Origin: Torpedo marmorata
Lineage: Eukaryota
Direction: 5' to 3'
DNA length: 64,000 nt
Assembly (NCBI GenBank): GCA_977017645.1
Contig: OZ360239.1
Span: forward strand, 29,698,001-29,762,000
The notes below the pieces were generated by a model that did not search any database, was not told the origin of the DNA, and worked only from the letters and a program-made list of their open reading frames with translations. Below, one piece after another: positions 1 to 14,300 of the stretch (the stretch's first letter is position 1; every line of letters starts with the position of its first letter). Both the position numbers and the translations under genes were made by a program.

Positions 1-176
1 TTGGGAACTGAATTTAAACTCCTGAATATCCAACACTTGTGATCAGTTCATCAAATATCTCCCAGAATTAATGGTATTTACTTAAGCAACCCATTCTTGG
101 CACATACAATTTGTCACAATCAATGATGAAGAGAAAATTTCCAAAATTGTTAATTTGCTCCTCAGCAAAAAGGCCC

Positions 177-1523
177 TTGCAACCAGAGAAGAAAAAGCAA
201 TCACATGTTTTTGATTATTAGTAAGATCATGATTACTAGGATAATTTATACCAAATATTGCTATAAATGGATTTGGATCTAATTGAGTAGCTAAAACCAA
301 AGAAAGAGTGCAAAACATTTTGTACCAAAATCTAACTAACTTAGGGCACAACCAAAACATGTGAAATTATGTACCTTCATGAACATTACATCTATCACAC
401 ATAGATGATATATTTGATGAAAATTTAGCCAGTAAAGATTTTGAATAATGAGCTCTGTGAACGACTTTGAATTGAATTAAATTATGTCTTACACATAATG
501 AAAAGGTATGGATACGGTCCAAAATATTGGACCACACTGAAGGTGAAAAAACTTCAAAAAAATCTCTTTCCCAAGCCTCCTTTATTTTATCCACATGCTG
601 TATCACATTTTCGTTTAAAAGGTTATAAAATACTGACAATGGTTTTGGTATATCAGGAGTAATAGTAAAAACCTTTTCTATGATGACTAGCTTTAAATCT
701 GAAGGAAACTCCAATCTCAAAGAATTTATAAAATTTCTAACTTGAAAGTATCTAAAGTAATTGTTTCTAGATAAGTTATACTTATTAACCATCTGTTCAA
801 AAGTAATAAAATTAGAGTCTATAAACAAGTCTTTAAATGAACATACACCGTGATCTTGGCAAATCTGGAACCCTCTGTCCCCACTAGCTGGGGTAAAAAA
901 GGTATTGAAATTTATTGTACTATCAAGCAAAAAATTAAGGAAATTATTTGTTTTTCTGAATTGGAACCATATTTTTAACGTTTTAATATGATTGCTTTTT
1001 CTTCTCTGGTTGCAAGGCGACAGATCTTGCTAAAATGGAAGGATGGTAATCCTCCTATTTATGAAGATTATTAATGTCCTACTTAACATTAGAAAAAATT
1101 AGATGTTCAAATATTAAATTAAACCTAAAATTTACTAATATTTGGGGTTCCTTTATGGACTATTATCAGAGTTTATGATTCCTCATGATTTGAAGTTATA
1201 TTATCTCTACAGGTCAGTGCAATTCTGGGGTGGGGGTAGGTGGTAGGCTAGTATAGAGTGCTTTAGCTTTTATAAAAAAATGTATTACAATGAAATTACT
1301 GTTATTTTTTTTTGTGACTTGGTTCTTTTTATATCTATTGGTATTATAATACTAAATGGTAAAGAAAAAAAATTGATATATATCTGTAATGTATACTCTG
1401 TTATGGATGGATTAATGGAACATGTGATAATGTTTTTCTTTGCTTTTTCTTTGTAAACGTATATAGTGAATGAACTGTTATATCCATGATTTTATGCAAT
1501 TAATAAAGAGATTTAAAAAAGAA
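177..1523 (+). mobile_element. 5'-truncated, 5'-inverted L1-clade LINE (ORF2 C-terminal part + 3'UTR)
   Basis: Minus-strand ORFs 367..930 and 82..360 encode an L1 ORF2 C-terminal region (CDRC...GT..HMFWLCP). From ~986 the plus strand continues IAFSSLVARRQILLKWK, then 3'UTR, AATAAA and an A-rich tail. TSD AGCAAAAAGGCCC at 164-176 and 1524-1536. Confidence 0.85.
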
Positions 1524-4089
1524 AGCAAAAAGGCCCAATTGTTTCTCTCAAAATGGCAGCCATGTATCTGACTGGTTACTTTTTAAGCTTCAATAGAGAT
1601 CAATGACGCCATCTTGTGGGGCAATATGTGATTTTGAATTTGATCTGGGAAGGTTATATACTGCCTAACACATTACAGGGAAATAAATGACTGCACAGTT
1701 ATTTGAAACAAGTTGTAAGTAGTTATGTTTCTTTGCTTCAGCATTTAGAGATTTCCCATTTTTTTCATGTATTCTTAAAATATAGTTTTAAACTTACAAC
1801 TCTGTGACCTGGTGATAATAGTATTATTACAAACCTTGAATGGGGATGTCATGTCACACTCTGAACATTAGGTACTGCATTAAGGAGACACAGGTTTTAT
1901 TTCACATGCTGCTGAATTCTCATTTCACAGAATTATTGTCGAGAGAGGACTTATTACAGGCTGTGGGAAAATTGAAGCAAGTCTTGTTATTCAGCTACAC
2001 TGCTCTCGAAAATAAAGAGACATTTGTGACTTGACACCTGAGAGTAGATTTTTCATTCCCTCTGAGACAAATTGCCATAAAATGAAATGAGAAAGGGAAA
2101 ATAATGTAGTAGAGTTTCACAACATTCAGAATATAAATTGAAATTGTAATTCTGAAGGATTATTATTGGGCACTAACAGTAGTCATGATCATAACTTGAA
2201 ATCCATGCTCAGCCAAAGAACTCAGAGTAGAATTCTGAAATTCTCTTTAAAATATTTTACATAAATAATTTTCACACATGTTCAATGAGTTAATATTAAA
2301 TTGGGAAAATAAGATGTGGTGTGATATGATGCCTTCCCATCTTCACCATATCTCAATGATTAAATGAAAGATCAGAAAACAATCTCAGTTGCCTTCCAGA
2401 AATACTAATCAAATCATCTTTCCATATCCCATTACAGTATCTAGCTGCTATTAAATGAGTCTTGTAACGTAGCTTCAAGCAACCTTCCTGACAGCCCATT
2501 TCAGCCATTGGTCTTTTGTGGATAATTACTTCCCAATACCATCCCAAATTCACAACCATGAACCAATGTTCACTTGTCCTGCTGCACTGGCTTCTAAAAA
2601 GAAAAAATTCAACTGTGCCAATCACATCTGTATCTAATCGTCGCCAGGGTAATCCAAAATTAATCCCTCTGCCCTGTTCTTTCACCTTCGGCTTTTATCT
2701 TGCGTATTTTTAAGTACTTACCTATACTTCATTTAAGAGATCGAGTGGCCTATGCCTCAATCACTTCACATGCCAAAGCATTACTTCATACTCAGTTCAC
2801 ATTCACCACCACGTGAACATAACTCATTTTTAAAGGGCTGAAGAACCTGATAAAGTCACTTCTGGCAGTTCTTCCCCTTGTTAGAGATCACCTTAATTAA
2901 ACAGATGTCCCCTTCATACAGATCGTTTACTCTAATGAAAGTACACATTATCACATTCTAACTCAAATGATTTTGGAATATAACCATAAATACTTCTGAG
3001 TTTTGTTTAATAGGTTTATTGGTCCTAGGCAAGAAAGACTCCAGTCATAATAATGAAGTTGCTACTTTTCTTTTAGTGAGATCTAATCCACCCACACAAA
3101 GGATATTTATCATCTTTATTTCCCTGTATTTACATTGAAATTAAGTTCTCATTTATCACTCAAATATTCTCTTTTTAGAATCCTATTCACTTTTAGTCCA
3201 CAATGTCTTCTATCCTCAAGCTAGTATTTGTAGCACTTTTACCTCTGAATCTGTGGGCTGCAGATTCAAGATCCCTACCAGACAATGAAATAATAATACT
3301 TTGTTAAAGTTACATTCCTTCAGACGAGATGCTTCCTTAATAGATGATGGAAGTCCCAGGGCACTAAAGCAGAAAATGTTCATGGTATCTGACCAACATT
3401 ATTCTTCTCAAACCCAACAAAAAAAGTTTAACTGGTCCCTGATCTCATTTCTATTCATGGGACCTTGCTGTCTGAAAACAGTGCTGCCTTTACCTTCACA
3501 AGATTCAATGTACTTCAAAAGAATAATCGTGTACAAAGCACTTTCAGTAATAGTCTTAAAATAGGATATGAAACTTTTTTTCATTCTAACTCATATTGGT
3601 CTTATACTTTGTATTTGAACAGTGATTCCAATCATTTGTGTTCACCATGAATAGAAGAAATCAAACGGACTGAGGTGCATCACAAGATTCACCTCCTTTC
3701 TCCAATCCTCTTCATCCCAGTGTGGTCTAGCACGTCAACAAATCAAGAGGAAATAAATTACTTTTTGCCACAATCAGGATGTCCTAAGTGACTCTAAAGT
3801 TTTTCAGCACCAGCTAAGGGGAGGGTGGAACCTGTTTCGACAGATCCAAGCAAGAACTCTGGCTAAGGTTTTCCCTACTTTAGGTAGCTACAACTGGTTC
3901 AAAAAAATTGTGGAGAGCTTCATTACTGAGAGCAGGTAGGAACATTAGAGGCTTGGCCTAGTTGACTTGGGTAAGGAAGAATTGTGACAGAGGCATAAAA
4001 TTCATAATCCAGTCGATGAGAGATATTAATTCATTGACATCCAAAAAACTGGACACGTTGGGGGAGGAGTCTGAAAGGATATCATCCAT

Positions 4090-5215
4090 AATCTATCAAG
4101 ATCAAACAATGAGAAGGTGGAGGGACTCGGCAGGTCAAGCAGCATCATGGAGTAATGTTCAGTCAACCATTTAGGTTGGGGCTCTTTTTTGAGACTAAAG
4201 TGGGAAGGGGAGACAGCAAGCATAAAAAGGGTGGACGGTGGCTGGGGAGCGATCAAGAGGTGATACAATTCTGGATAAAAGGTGGGAGAGGTGGAGAGAG
4301 GAAACCACCACTGGAAGGCGAGTGGGGGGGGGGGGGTTGTGGGGAAGGTTGGAGAAAAATTGAGAACGGAAGTACATGAATGACAGTTAGAAATAATGGA
4401 ACCAGATGGTGGTGGGGGTTGGGAAAATCTCAGTGTTCACCTCCTGCCACATCTTCCCCACTTCTTTCCAGTTTTCACAGGGCTCATTCTCTCCAAGACT
4501 CCCTAGTTCGCTCTTCCCTTCCCACCCATCCTGCCACTTGCTTGAGCACTTCCCTCTCTAATCACAGTATGTAAAACTTGTCCCTACATCTTCTCCCTCA
4601 CCTCCAATCAAGGCCATGAACAGACCTTCCTCATCTATTACATTCAGTGCACTCAGTATGGCCTCCTCTATGTCAGTGAGACCAAATGGAGATTAGGTGA
4701 CCGCTTTGTCGAGCACCTGCGCTCTGTCCATTGGTGCAAGCTGGAACTCCCATTTGCCGGCCATTTTAATTCCCCTCATCATTCTCACACGGACACATCT
4801 GTCCTCAAACTCGTCCGTTGCCTGGAGGAGGCTAATCTCTTTGTACAACATACCATATTCCTTCTGGGTAACATAAAACCAAGCAGCAGGAATCTTGAAT
4901 CTTCCAATTTTAGGTAACCCCCACCTCAATCTAGTTCGGGTGGTTCTGTCTGTCCTTTACCAGCTTCCCTTTTCACATTTCACTTCAATCTTCTCTCCCC
5001 CAACCCCGCCCAGTGGTCTCCTCCCCATCTGTCTTTCCACCTTCTTTGCTCCAGTATCTTATCACTTGTTAGCCCCTCCCCCACTTTTCATTCTTGCTAT
5101 CTCCCCTTCCCACTTTAATCTAAAAAAAGTCCTGGTTCAAAACATTGACCGACCATTCCTCTCCATGGATGCTGCCTGACCTACTGAGTCTCTCCAGCAT
5201 AGCATTTGATGTGCT
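4090..5215 (+). mobile_element. Degenerate Penelope-like element (GIY-YIG region) with an inverted terminal piece
   Basis: 4630-4800 reads LIYYIQCTQYGLLYVSETKWRLGDRFVEHL (GIY-YIG-like). The 3' end resembles the other Penelope tails in the window; 4090-4400 is an inverted terminal copy. Boundaries approximate. Confidence 0.7.
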
Positions 5216-5433
5216 GGTTGGACAGAGAGTAGATGATCAGGCCCCAGAGGATATACTGGGTAGGAAGACTGGTATCAAAAAATAAAAATGCTGAAACACA
5301 TTGAAGTTGTTGCTCCTCAGGAAAATCATCTAAATTTTGTCATTAAAATCAATTATTAGGTCCTTGTAAAGTACTTTTAAAAATGTAGGCACCACTGCAA
5401 ACTCCCTACAAGTGTCCAAATATTATTAGAAAA

Positions 5434-5665
5434 GGGTGGCACAGTGAGCACCGCACTGACACTGCACCAGCGACCCGGTGTTGAATATGGCGCTGTACTG
5501 TACGTAATTTTGTACATTCGCCCCATGTCCGCGTGGATTTCCTCCGGGTGCTCTGGTTTCCTCCCATGTTCCAAGGACATACGGATTTGTACATTAATTG
5601 GTCACATGGGTGTATTTGGGCAGTGCGGGCTTGTGGGCCGGTAGGACTGTATCTCTAAATTAAAT
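5434..5665 (+). mobile_element. V-SINE (HE1/DANA-like) SINE
   Basis: tRNA-like head followed by the V-domain core GTGGATTTCCTCCGGGTGCTCTGGTTTCCTCCC and an AT-rich tail. Confidence 0.75.
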
Positions 5666-5899
5666 GAGTTTCAAATTTTAGTTTCAAATTATTTTTCATA
5701 TCCTTGAACCCAACTATTTCTAAATCCGAACAGAGATAATAAAATAATATGTGCAGAAGAGGTCCGAGATACAAAAAGTCTGAACCATGAAGGAAAACAA
5801 AAAAGAGAAATTCGGGATTTTCACCCTGAATACAAGGTGAAAGAAAGATGACCTTTAGACTTTGTTAATTAAAGGAACAGAAACAGTTGATATTCTTTT

Positions 5900-8655
5900 G
5901 AAAGTATGATGTTGTGGCCATCACGGAGTTGTGGATAAAGGATGGATGTCATTGGGAGCTTAATGTCCAAGGATACACAGTGTATCGAAAGGATAGGCAA
6001 GTAAGCAGAGGGGGTGGAGTGGCTCTGTTGGTAAGGAACAACATTAAATCATTAGAAAGTGACATAGGATCAGAAGATATAGAAAAATTGTGGATTGAAT
6101 AAAGAAATGGCAAGGGTAAAAAGACACTGTTGGCAGTTATATACAGATCTCCAAACAGTAGCCGGGATGTGGACAGCAAATTACAACAGCTAATAGAAAA
6201 GGCGTGTCAGAAGGTCAATATTATGGTAGTCATGGGGGATTTTAACATGCAAGTAGATTGGGAATACCAGGATGGGACTGGATCTCAAGAGAGAGAATTT
6301 GTAGAAAGCCTACAAGATGGCTTTTTAGAGCAGCTTGTTGATGAGCCCACGAGGGGATCAGCGGTACTGGATTCAGTGTTGCGTAATGCACCAGAGGTGA
6401 TTAGAGTGATTAGAGAGCTTAGAGTAAAGGAACAATTACAGGGCAGTGATCAGAATATGATATAGTTCAATTTGAGATTTAACCAGGAGAAACTAAAGTC
6501 AGATGTGACACTATTTCAGCGAAGCAAAGGGAATTACACTGGCATGAGAGAGGAATTGGCCAAAGTAGATTGGAAGTGGCACTAAGTAGGGAAGACGGCA
6601 GAGAAGCAATGGATGGAGTTTCTGCAAGAAATGAGGAATGTACAGGATAAATACGTACCAAAAAATAGGACATATTCGATTGGAAAAATATCACAACTGT
6701 GGCTGACAAGGGAAGTCAAAGCCAATGTAAAAGGAAAAGATAGGGCATACAAGGAAGCAAAAATTAGTGGGAAGATAGAGGATTGAGAAATTTTTTTAAA
6801 CATGCAGAAGGTAAAAGATGAAGTACGAAAGCAGGCTAGCAAATCATATCAAAGAGGATATGAAAAGCTTCAAGTATATAAAGAGTAAAGAGAGATGAGA
6901 GTAGGTATAGTACCACTAAAAAATGACGCTGGAGAAATAATAATGGGAAACAAGGAGATGGCATCTGTCTTCACTGTGGGAGACATTAGCAGTGTTCCAG
7001 ATGTCGAAGGGTAACAGGGAAGGGAAGTGAGTTAAGTTACGATTTCAAGGGAGAAGGTGCTCAGAAAATTAAATGGTCTAAGGTTGGACAAGTCTACCGG
7101 ACCAGATGGATTGCACCCTTGGGTTCCAAAAGAAGTAGCGGTAAAGGCATTAGAAATGATCTTTCAGGAATCAATAGATTCTGGCATAGTCCCTGAGAAC
7201 TGGAAAATCACAAATATCACCCTGCTATTCAAGAAGGGAGAGAGGCAGCAGAAAGGAAAATATAGGCCGGTTGGTCTGACGTCAGTAGTTGGGAAGATGT
7301 TGGAGTCGATTGTCAAGAATGAGGTTGCTGAGTACTTGGAGGCACATGACAAGATCAGCCAAAGCCAGCGTGATTTCCTTAAGGGAAAATCTTGCTTGAC
7401 AAACCTATTGGAATTCTGTGAAGAAGTGACAAGCAGGATGAATAAGGGAGATGCAGTGGATGTTGTGTGTTTGGATTTTTAGAAGGCCTTTGATAAGGCG
7501 CCACACGAGGCTACTTAACAAGATAAGAGCCCGTGGTATAACAGGAACCACATTCGAGTGGGTAGAGCATTGGCTGATTGATAGGAAGCAGAGATTTGGA
7601 ATAGACGGATCATATTCAGGTTGTCTGCCAGTTGCTAGTGGTGTTCAACAGAGTATTGGGGCCACTTCTTTTCATGTTGTATATTAATGATTCAGATTAT
7701 GGAATTAATGTCTTTTGTGGCCAGGTTTGCAGATAATACAAAGGCAGGTAGAGGAGCAGGTCATGTTGAGGAAGCGGGGAAGTTGCAGATGGACAGACAG
7801 ATTTGGAGAATGGGCAGAGAAGTGGCAAATGAAATATAATGACGGAAAGTGTACGGTCATGCACTTTGGTAGAAAAAAAATAAAAGGGCGGACTATTTTA
7901 TGAATGGGGAGGAAATTAGAAATACCAGGATGCGAATGGACCTGGGTGTCCTTATGCAGGATAACTTGCATGTTGAGTCAGTGGTGAAGAAGGCAAATGC
8001 AATGCTGGCATTCATTTCAAGAGGAATAGAATATAAGAGCAGGGATGTGATGTTGAGGCTTTATGATGCACTGGTTAGACCTCACGTGGAGTATTGTGAG
8101 CAGTTTTGGGCTCCTCATTTAAGAAAGGATGTGCTGACGTTGGAGAGGGTTCAGAGGAGGTTCACAAAGATGATTCTGGGAACGAAAGGGTTATCATATG
8201 AGGAGCGTTTGACAGCTCTTGGCCTGCACTCATTGCAATTTAGGAGAATGAGAGGGGATCTCATTGAAACATTTCGAAAGTTGAAAGGCATGGACAGAGC
8301 AGTTGTAGAAAGTTGTAGAAGGTTGTTTCCCATGGTGGAAGAGTCCAGGACAAGAGGGCACAACTTCAGGATTGAAGGGCATCCACTTGGAACAGAGATG
8401 CGTAGGAATTTGTTCAGCCAGAAGGTGGTAAATCTGTGGAATTTGTTGCCACAGGTGGTTGTGGAGGCCAGATGATTGGGTGTATTTAAGGCAGAGATTG
8501 ATAGATTCTTGATTAGCCAGGGCATCAAAAGGTTAAGGGGGAGAAGGCCGGGCAGTGGAGCTGAGTGGGAAAATAGATCAGCTCATGATTAAATGGCGGG
8601 GCAGACTCGATGGGCTGAATAGTCCATTCCTGCTCCTATGTCTTATGGTCTTATG
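5900..8655 (+). mobile_element. CR1 LINE, ORF2 pseudogene (APE + RT)
   Basis: Fragmented ORFs carry AITELW, RGGGVALLV, MGDFN, GPDGLHP, KSCLTNLLEF and LVRPHVEYC. 3' tail is TCCTATGTCTTATGGTCTTATG. Many stops and frameshifts. Confidence 0.92.
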
Positions 8656-10596
8656 TATAAAATTGAAGAGCAGATCAAAAGGTCACTCATTCAAATAATG
8701 AACAGCAATTTCAGGATTAGCATCAGGAAAATATTCTCTACAGAATAGTAACATGTAAAGATATCCAGATATATAGATGAGGGGTAGAGCAGAGAAGGGG
8801 AAAGCACTTAAATATTTAATAAGCATTTGGTATTGTAAGGAGGGATCTTGCTAACATTCAGAATGGGCAAAATAAGGGCACAGCCTTCCTTATCGATGAT
8901 TATCTTATGATGTTCCACAATCATTTGTACCTGATCGTTGATATAACTATTCAGATAATCAATGTTATTCCAGTAAGCCTAGTAATGTCAATCAAGAACT
9001 CATGAAATATATATTTTTTTAAATCTATATACATAAGAATGCATTCTAATTTTGCTTTTTATCTCAACTGTATAAGATAGATGTATTCAAGAAGTTACTT
9101 TGAAATACAAAGACATTATTTTTACATTTAAACATTAGATTTTAATAAAATTATTTCATTTAAATAAATAAACTTTAATAAAATGTTAATCAAAATTGAG
9201 CAGTCATCTCTTATTAAGAGACCAACAGGGACCAGCACTCCTCCACGGAACTGCATTTTCAAGTTGCAGCCAAATCTAATAATTCTCGCTCGTGACTACT
9301 GGGATTATTCTGTGTGGTTGCTTCACAGAATTCCACTCAGACAACACACTTTAGAGTGTCTACATTATGGTAAAAGTTCTTGCTGAAAGACTTTTAACTT
9401 TGCCATGGGACTTATCATCTGCCAGTCGGCAGCAGCATTGAATGGATTTCACTTATTACTGTACCTCATTGTTCAGTGAATGTTTTACCTAATGTTTTGT
9501 TTCCACAAGGCACAAATAAAACCTCTTTGTCTGATGGTTTCCACTATGAAGGTCTGTGAACTTGTCTTTCAAATAATTGAGAATGGACTGACAGGCCGAA
9601 TTGCTTGGAATGATTTTTGAGATAATCATCAGTGGTAGAACAGGCACATGTTACAAAAGCCTTGTTCTTCCCTTTGCTCTTTTCAAAAAGCTGCATTTGA
9701 AACCTGCCAAGAGGATCCCTATGTTAAAAATTACTCCACATATCAAAAAAGAAAATGCTGGAAATGTTCATCAGGTCAGAGAACATCCATGAAGGAGAGA
9801 AACAGAATTAATATTTCAGGTGATGATCTCTCATCAGAACTGGAAAAGCAAGGAAACAAACATTATAAATTGCAGAGCAGGAGAGGCAGAGAGAATAAAA
9901 GGGATGATTGTGATAGGGTAGGGGCCAAAATTGTAGAGATGACACGAATGGTGTTGATGTATTTGAGAGAGCACGATGACTGTTTGTTAATCATATCCAA
10001 TCCATGAGGAGAAATGTAACGTGCGAGTGTGTGCGTGAGAGAGAGAGAGATTTAATTTACAGCGAGATGAAGTCACATTAGAATTTGTTAGCTCTGACGC
10101 TAACAATAATCCAGTTATCTCAAACTGAGTCTTGAGGGTTGCACGGTGTCTACACTGCAGATGAGCTTCCACAATCTGACATACTCAAAGTCCAGATCAC
10201 ATATATCGCCATTATATTTTCTTATATTTATCTACCTCACTGGCAGGACAGACCTAGCAGAGATGGCAGGTCAGTGAGACAGAGGAGGGGGTGTCTTCCA
10301 CTGAATCCAGGTTGCATGATGATTCACAGCACCAAGTCAAATGTAGACAAGGAAACATCTTTCCAACTATCACCTTCCATGGTAAATTAGTTCTCCATAC
10401 TGAATAGCAAGAATAGAAAAGGTAGTGGTGCAGCTGCAATTCCTCCAATTCTCTGCATATTAATGAGGCAGACGTGGGTGCTCAAGGCAAAATTTCAAAA
10501 CTTGCAAAGAACACAAAAAGTATGGAAGGAAGCAAGGAAGGCAGTTGTAGATCAAGGTGGTCTTTGTCAGGGGGAATGGGTAAAAAAAAAGAACTA

Positions 10597-12377
10597 CCGT
10601 ATATTTCGGCGTATAAGTCGACTCGCAGATAAGTCAACCCCCTTTTTCAGCCTCATTTTAATGGTTTTATTGTATATCCGGCGTATAAGTCGACCCCCAA
10701 AAATCACAATGCCTGAGATGCTGGGCGTTGACCGGCGTATAGGTCGACCCACAACGATCACGCTGATTGAGGTGCTGGGCGTTGGCTGGAGGTGATTGTT
10801 ATCATGGAGGCTCAATTGAAACAACGAAAGTATGAGGAGAGTTTTAAATTAAAGGTGATAGAAATGGCCAAGAAAACCAACAACTGTGCTGCTGCAAGAA
10901 AATTTGATATATATGAGAAGTTGGTAAGAGATTGGAGGAAGAAAGAAGAGACTTTAAGAAAAATACCAAAAAGGCAATGTTCGATGAGAAGAGGAATCAC
11001 TCGTTGGCCAGAGTTGTAAAATCATGTCGCAGCATGGGTACGTGAACAGAGGCAAGATTGCTACATAGTCACCCGAAATGAAATAAGAACATTTGCACTG
11101 AAGTGGGCAAAGTCGCACCCAGAACTCAGTAATGATTTTGAAGCTACAGTAGGCTGGTGCAACCGTTTCATGAACAGGAAAAATCTGGTATTACGACATA
11201 AAACAAAAATTGCTCAGAAACTACCAAAAGATCTTGATCATAAAGTTGTAAGTTTTCACCTGTTTATTATACGTAACCAGCAGAAACACAAGTTTGCATT
11301 GGCAAATATTGGAAACATGGACGAAACCCCCATGAATTTTGACATGATAGGCAATAGAACAGTGGAATGGAAAAGTGTGAAAACTGTGCAAACCAGGAGT
11401 ACAGGCCATGAAAGGACCAGGTTTACGGTGGTGTTATCGTGCATGGCCGACGGGACAAAGTTAAGACCCACGGTAATCTTCAAATGCAAATTTAAACCTA
11501 AAATAAAATTCCCTGCGGGTATTTTTGTACATTTTCATGAAAAAGGATGGATGGATGAAAATGGTGTAAAACTATGGATAGACAACGTGTGGAACAGGCG
11601 GCCAGGCGGTTTACGCAAGGAACGGAGTTTGCTGGTCTGGGATATGTTTTGTAGCCACTTAACTGAGAAGACTAAAAGTAGATTAGCACAACATAATACT
11701 TACATGGCGGTTATCCCGGGTGGTTTGATGTCTATATTGCAACCTCTCGATGTCTGCTTAAAAAAGCCATTCAAAGACCATGTGCGTGAAGAGTGGAATG
11801 CATGGATGTCGAGTGCAGAAAAATCATTTACAAAAGGCGGGGCAATGCGTGCTGCATCGCTTGATGTGCTGTGTGGCTTCGTGCTCAAGGCATGGGACAA
11901 AGTGAAAATAGAGACTGTAATAAAATTGTTTAAAAAAATGCGGTATCTCTTATGCAATTGATGGTACGGAAGATGATTTATTGTGGGACACTGAAAACGA
12001 AGCTGAAGCCGCCTCATCAGATGCAGACTGGGGCCCGTATGATGACTGTTTAAACAGTGAGACCCCGGATGTGCTTGCCGAGATCTTTGCCTCAGATGAT
12101 GATAGCGAAAGTGATTTTGAAGGGTTCTAAATGTGTTGTTGTTTTCAATAAAAATGTCAATGAAAATTTGTTGCAGTCGGAGTTTTTTTTGGTTTTTCAA
12201 GGGTCGACTTATACGCCGAATCGGGTTTTCAAGGGTCGACTTATACGATGAATGGGCGTGGAGCAGTTTTTGAGCTTATTTTAAGATCTAAAAGTATATA
12301 CGGTATATAAGTCGACCCCCGTTTTTTGAGAGATTTTTGAGGGTTTCAAGACTCGACTTATACGCCAAAATATACGG
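10597..12377 (+). mobile_element. pogo-family (POGK/Passer-like) DNA transposon, full length
   Basis: TIRs CCGTATATTTCGGCGTATAAGTCGA / TCGACTTATACGCCAAAATATACGG, TA duplicated at 10595-6 and 12378-9, and subterminal GTATAAGTCGAC repeats. Confidence 0.92.
10804..12130 (+). pseudogene. pogo transposase (Brinker-like DBD, CENP-B HTH, DDE_1), disrupted
   Basis: Motifs FKLKVIEMAK..NCAAARKF, GWCNRFMNR, NMDETP, LLVWD and LQPLDVC. In-frame TAA at 11017-11019 and a frameshift in the A-run near 11935. Confidence 0.88.
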
Positions 12378-12456
12378 TAATAACGAGGAAATTGAAATTC
12401 TGTACTTAGGTGGGAAGAATGGGGACAGGATATGGAGATTAAACAGTAAAGTTCTT

Positions 12457-13016
12457 TTTTTTAAAAAATATTTTATTTTAAAAATTTTAATCACAAAATA
12501 CATTAAAATATGAAATTATCAAAATATTTGTGATACATTTTCACCCCCCCTCCCCTCCCCAACCCTCCCAACCCCACTAATCTAATAAAAATAAAAATAT
12601 AAAATAAAAATAGAAAAAGAAGAAAAAAAAAGAAAAAAATAGAGTAAGGAGAATGCCAATCTAAAAAAAAAACATACATCTATAAACTAATTCTATTATG
12701 GAGGTCAAGTATGCCAGTAGATCCGATACCCAGAGATCTTCAAATCCTTAAACCAACAACTTTCATATATGGGCTCCAAATTTTTAAGAAAAAAATGATA
12801 TTTGTTACGTAAACTATAAGTAATTTTTTCAAGTGGTATACACGAACGAAGTTCTGCATGCCATCTTTCTAATCCTAAATCTAAATCAGATTTCCAAGTA
12901 ATAGCAATACATTTCTTTGAAACAGCTAAAGCAATTCGCAAAAATTCTATTTGATACATGTTTAATTTCATCTTAATACTAAATTTTCTAATATCTCCGA
13001 ACAAAAATATCATGGG
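12457..13016 (-). mobile_element. 5'-truncated L1 3' end
   Basis: ORF fragment PMIFLFGDIRK..CIAITWKS..IPLEKITY, G-rich 3'UTR and poly(A). 16-bp TSD AAACAGTAAA(G/A)TTCTT at 12441 and 13017. Confidence 0.88.
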
Positions 13017-13039
13017 AAACAGTAAAATTCTTAAATCAG

Positions 13040-13640
13040 GAACAGAAAGACCTGGGTTTATGTGCATTAATAGTCGAAGGTGGTAGACCAAGGTGACAAC
13101 GTGGTCAATAAGATGGAATCCTGGCCTTCACAAATAGAGTCAAATTACAAAAGCAAGTGTTTTATATTGGCATGGTCAGAATTGGAGCAACATATCCAGT
13201 TTTGGTCATCACGCATTTGGAAGGTGATGAAAGCCCTGCTTGAGGTGTGGAAAAGATTTACTGGAACCATGGATGAAGAATTTGTTTAGAGTAGAGCAGC
13301 CAATGTGCTATTTTCTGTGGAGCAGGGGAGGAGATTTGAAACGATGTTCAAGATTATGATGGGTTTCGTCAAGATTTTTAAAAAGCTGTCCGTCTTTGAT
13401 GAGGACACCTACTGACAGGCAAAAGATCCAAGTATGATGCAAGGATTTTTTTAATACAAGTAGTTACCGGTATTTATGCTCTTGACTACGCAGCCAAAAA
13501 GTATAGTAAAATTCGATCGACTCAATGGTCGCTTTCAAAGGACAGTGGAAAAGCATTTACAAGTAAACAAAATCTTGCAAGGCCATTAGAAAAAAAAGGC
13601 ATCTGGGTCTGATTAGCCACAAAAAATGGTCATAGTTGAA
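13040..13640 (+). mobile_element. Old CR1 3' fragment
   Basis: Degenerate similarity to the CR1 ORF2 C-terminus (IESNYKSK..QFWS..LLEVWKRFT). Boundaries approximate. Confidence 0.55.
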
Positions 13641-13829
13641 TGGTCCAAATGGCCTCCTTTTACACTGTAATTATTCGATAAATCTGCATACAGTAAGTGG
13701 TTATCAGGATGGCCATTTTCAAAAGGAATCCATTAGGTGATTGACCTTCAACAAAAAATTGAATTTTCAGTATCACAATAGGTTTTCTTTCACCCAACAC
13801 ATTTATGACAATGTTTATAGAATCAGAGA

Positions 13830-14300
13830 GTAATGTAGTTGAACAGCACAAAAACAGGCCCTTCAGCCTACCTCGCCCCTGTCAATCTTTTAGCCCATTT
13901 ACATTTAGCCCATGTCTTTCTATGACTTGCCTATTTAAGTGCCAGCATATTAAATGCAGTTATTGCATCCAACTCCACTACCTCCTCCATCTGTGCAAAA
14001 ACTTTCCTCTCCAATCTCCTTTTGTCCTTGCATTAAATCTATCGCTTCCTGCTTTTGATAGCTTACCATGGGAAAAATATTCTATCTATCCTACTGTGCC
14101 TTTTACAATGTTGTGCAACTCCATCACATAAACCCCCCCAGCCTCCTTTTGGCCTGTGTAAACAAGACAGCTTATGCAAACTCTCCCCATAACTCAAGTC
14201 CTCCAGTCCTGATACATCCAAGGATTCACCTCGGCATTTTCTCCAGCATAACCATATCCTTCCTATAGTGTGGCAACCTGAATGCTCGACGTGATCTTCT
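13830..14300 (-). mobile_element. Old CR1 3' fragment
   Basis: Minus strand resembles the CR1 3' end (GLEDLSYGESL; ACAGGCCCTTCAGCC terminal motif). Boundaries approximate. Confidence 0.55.
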
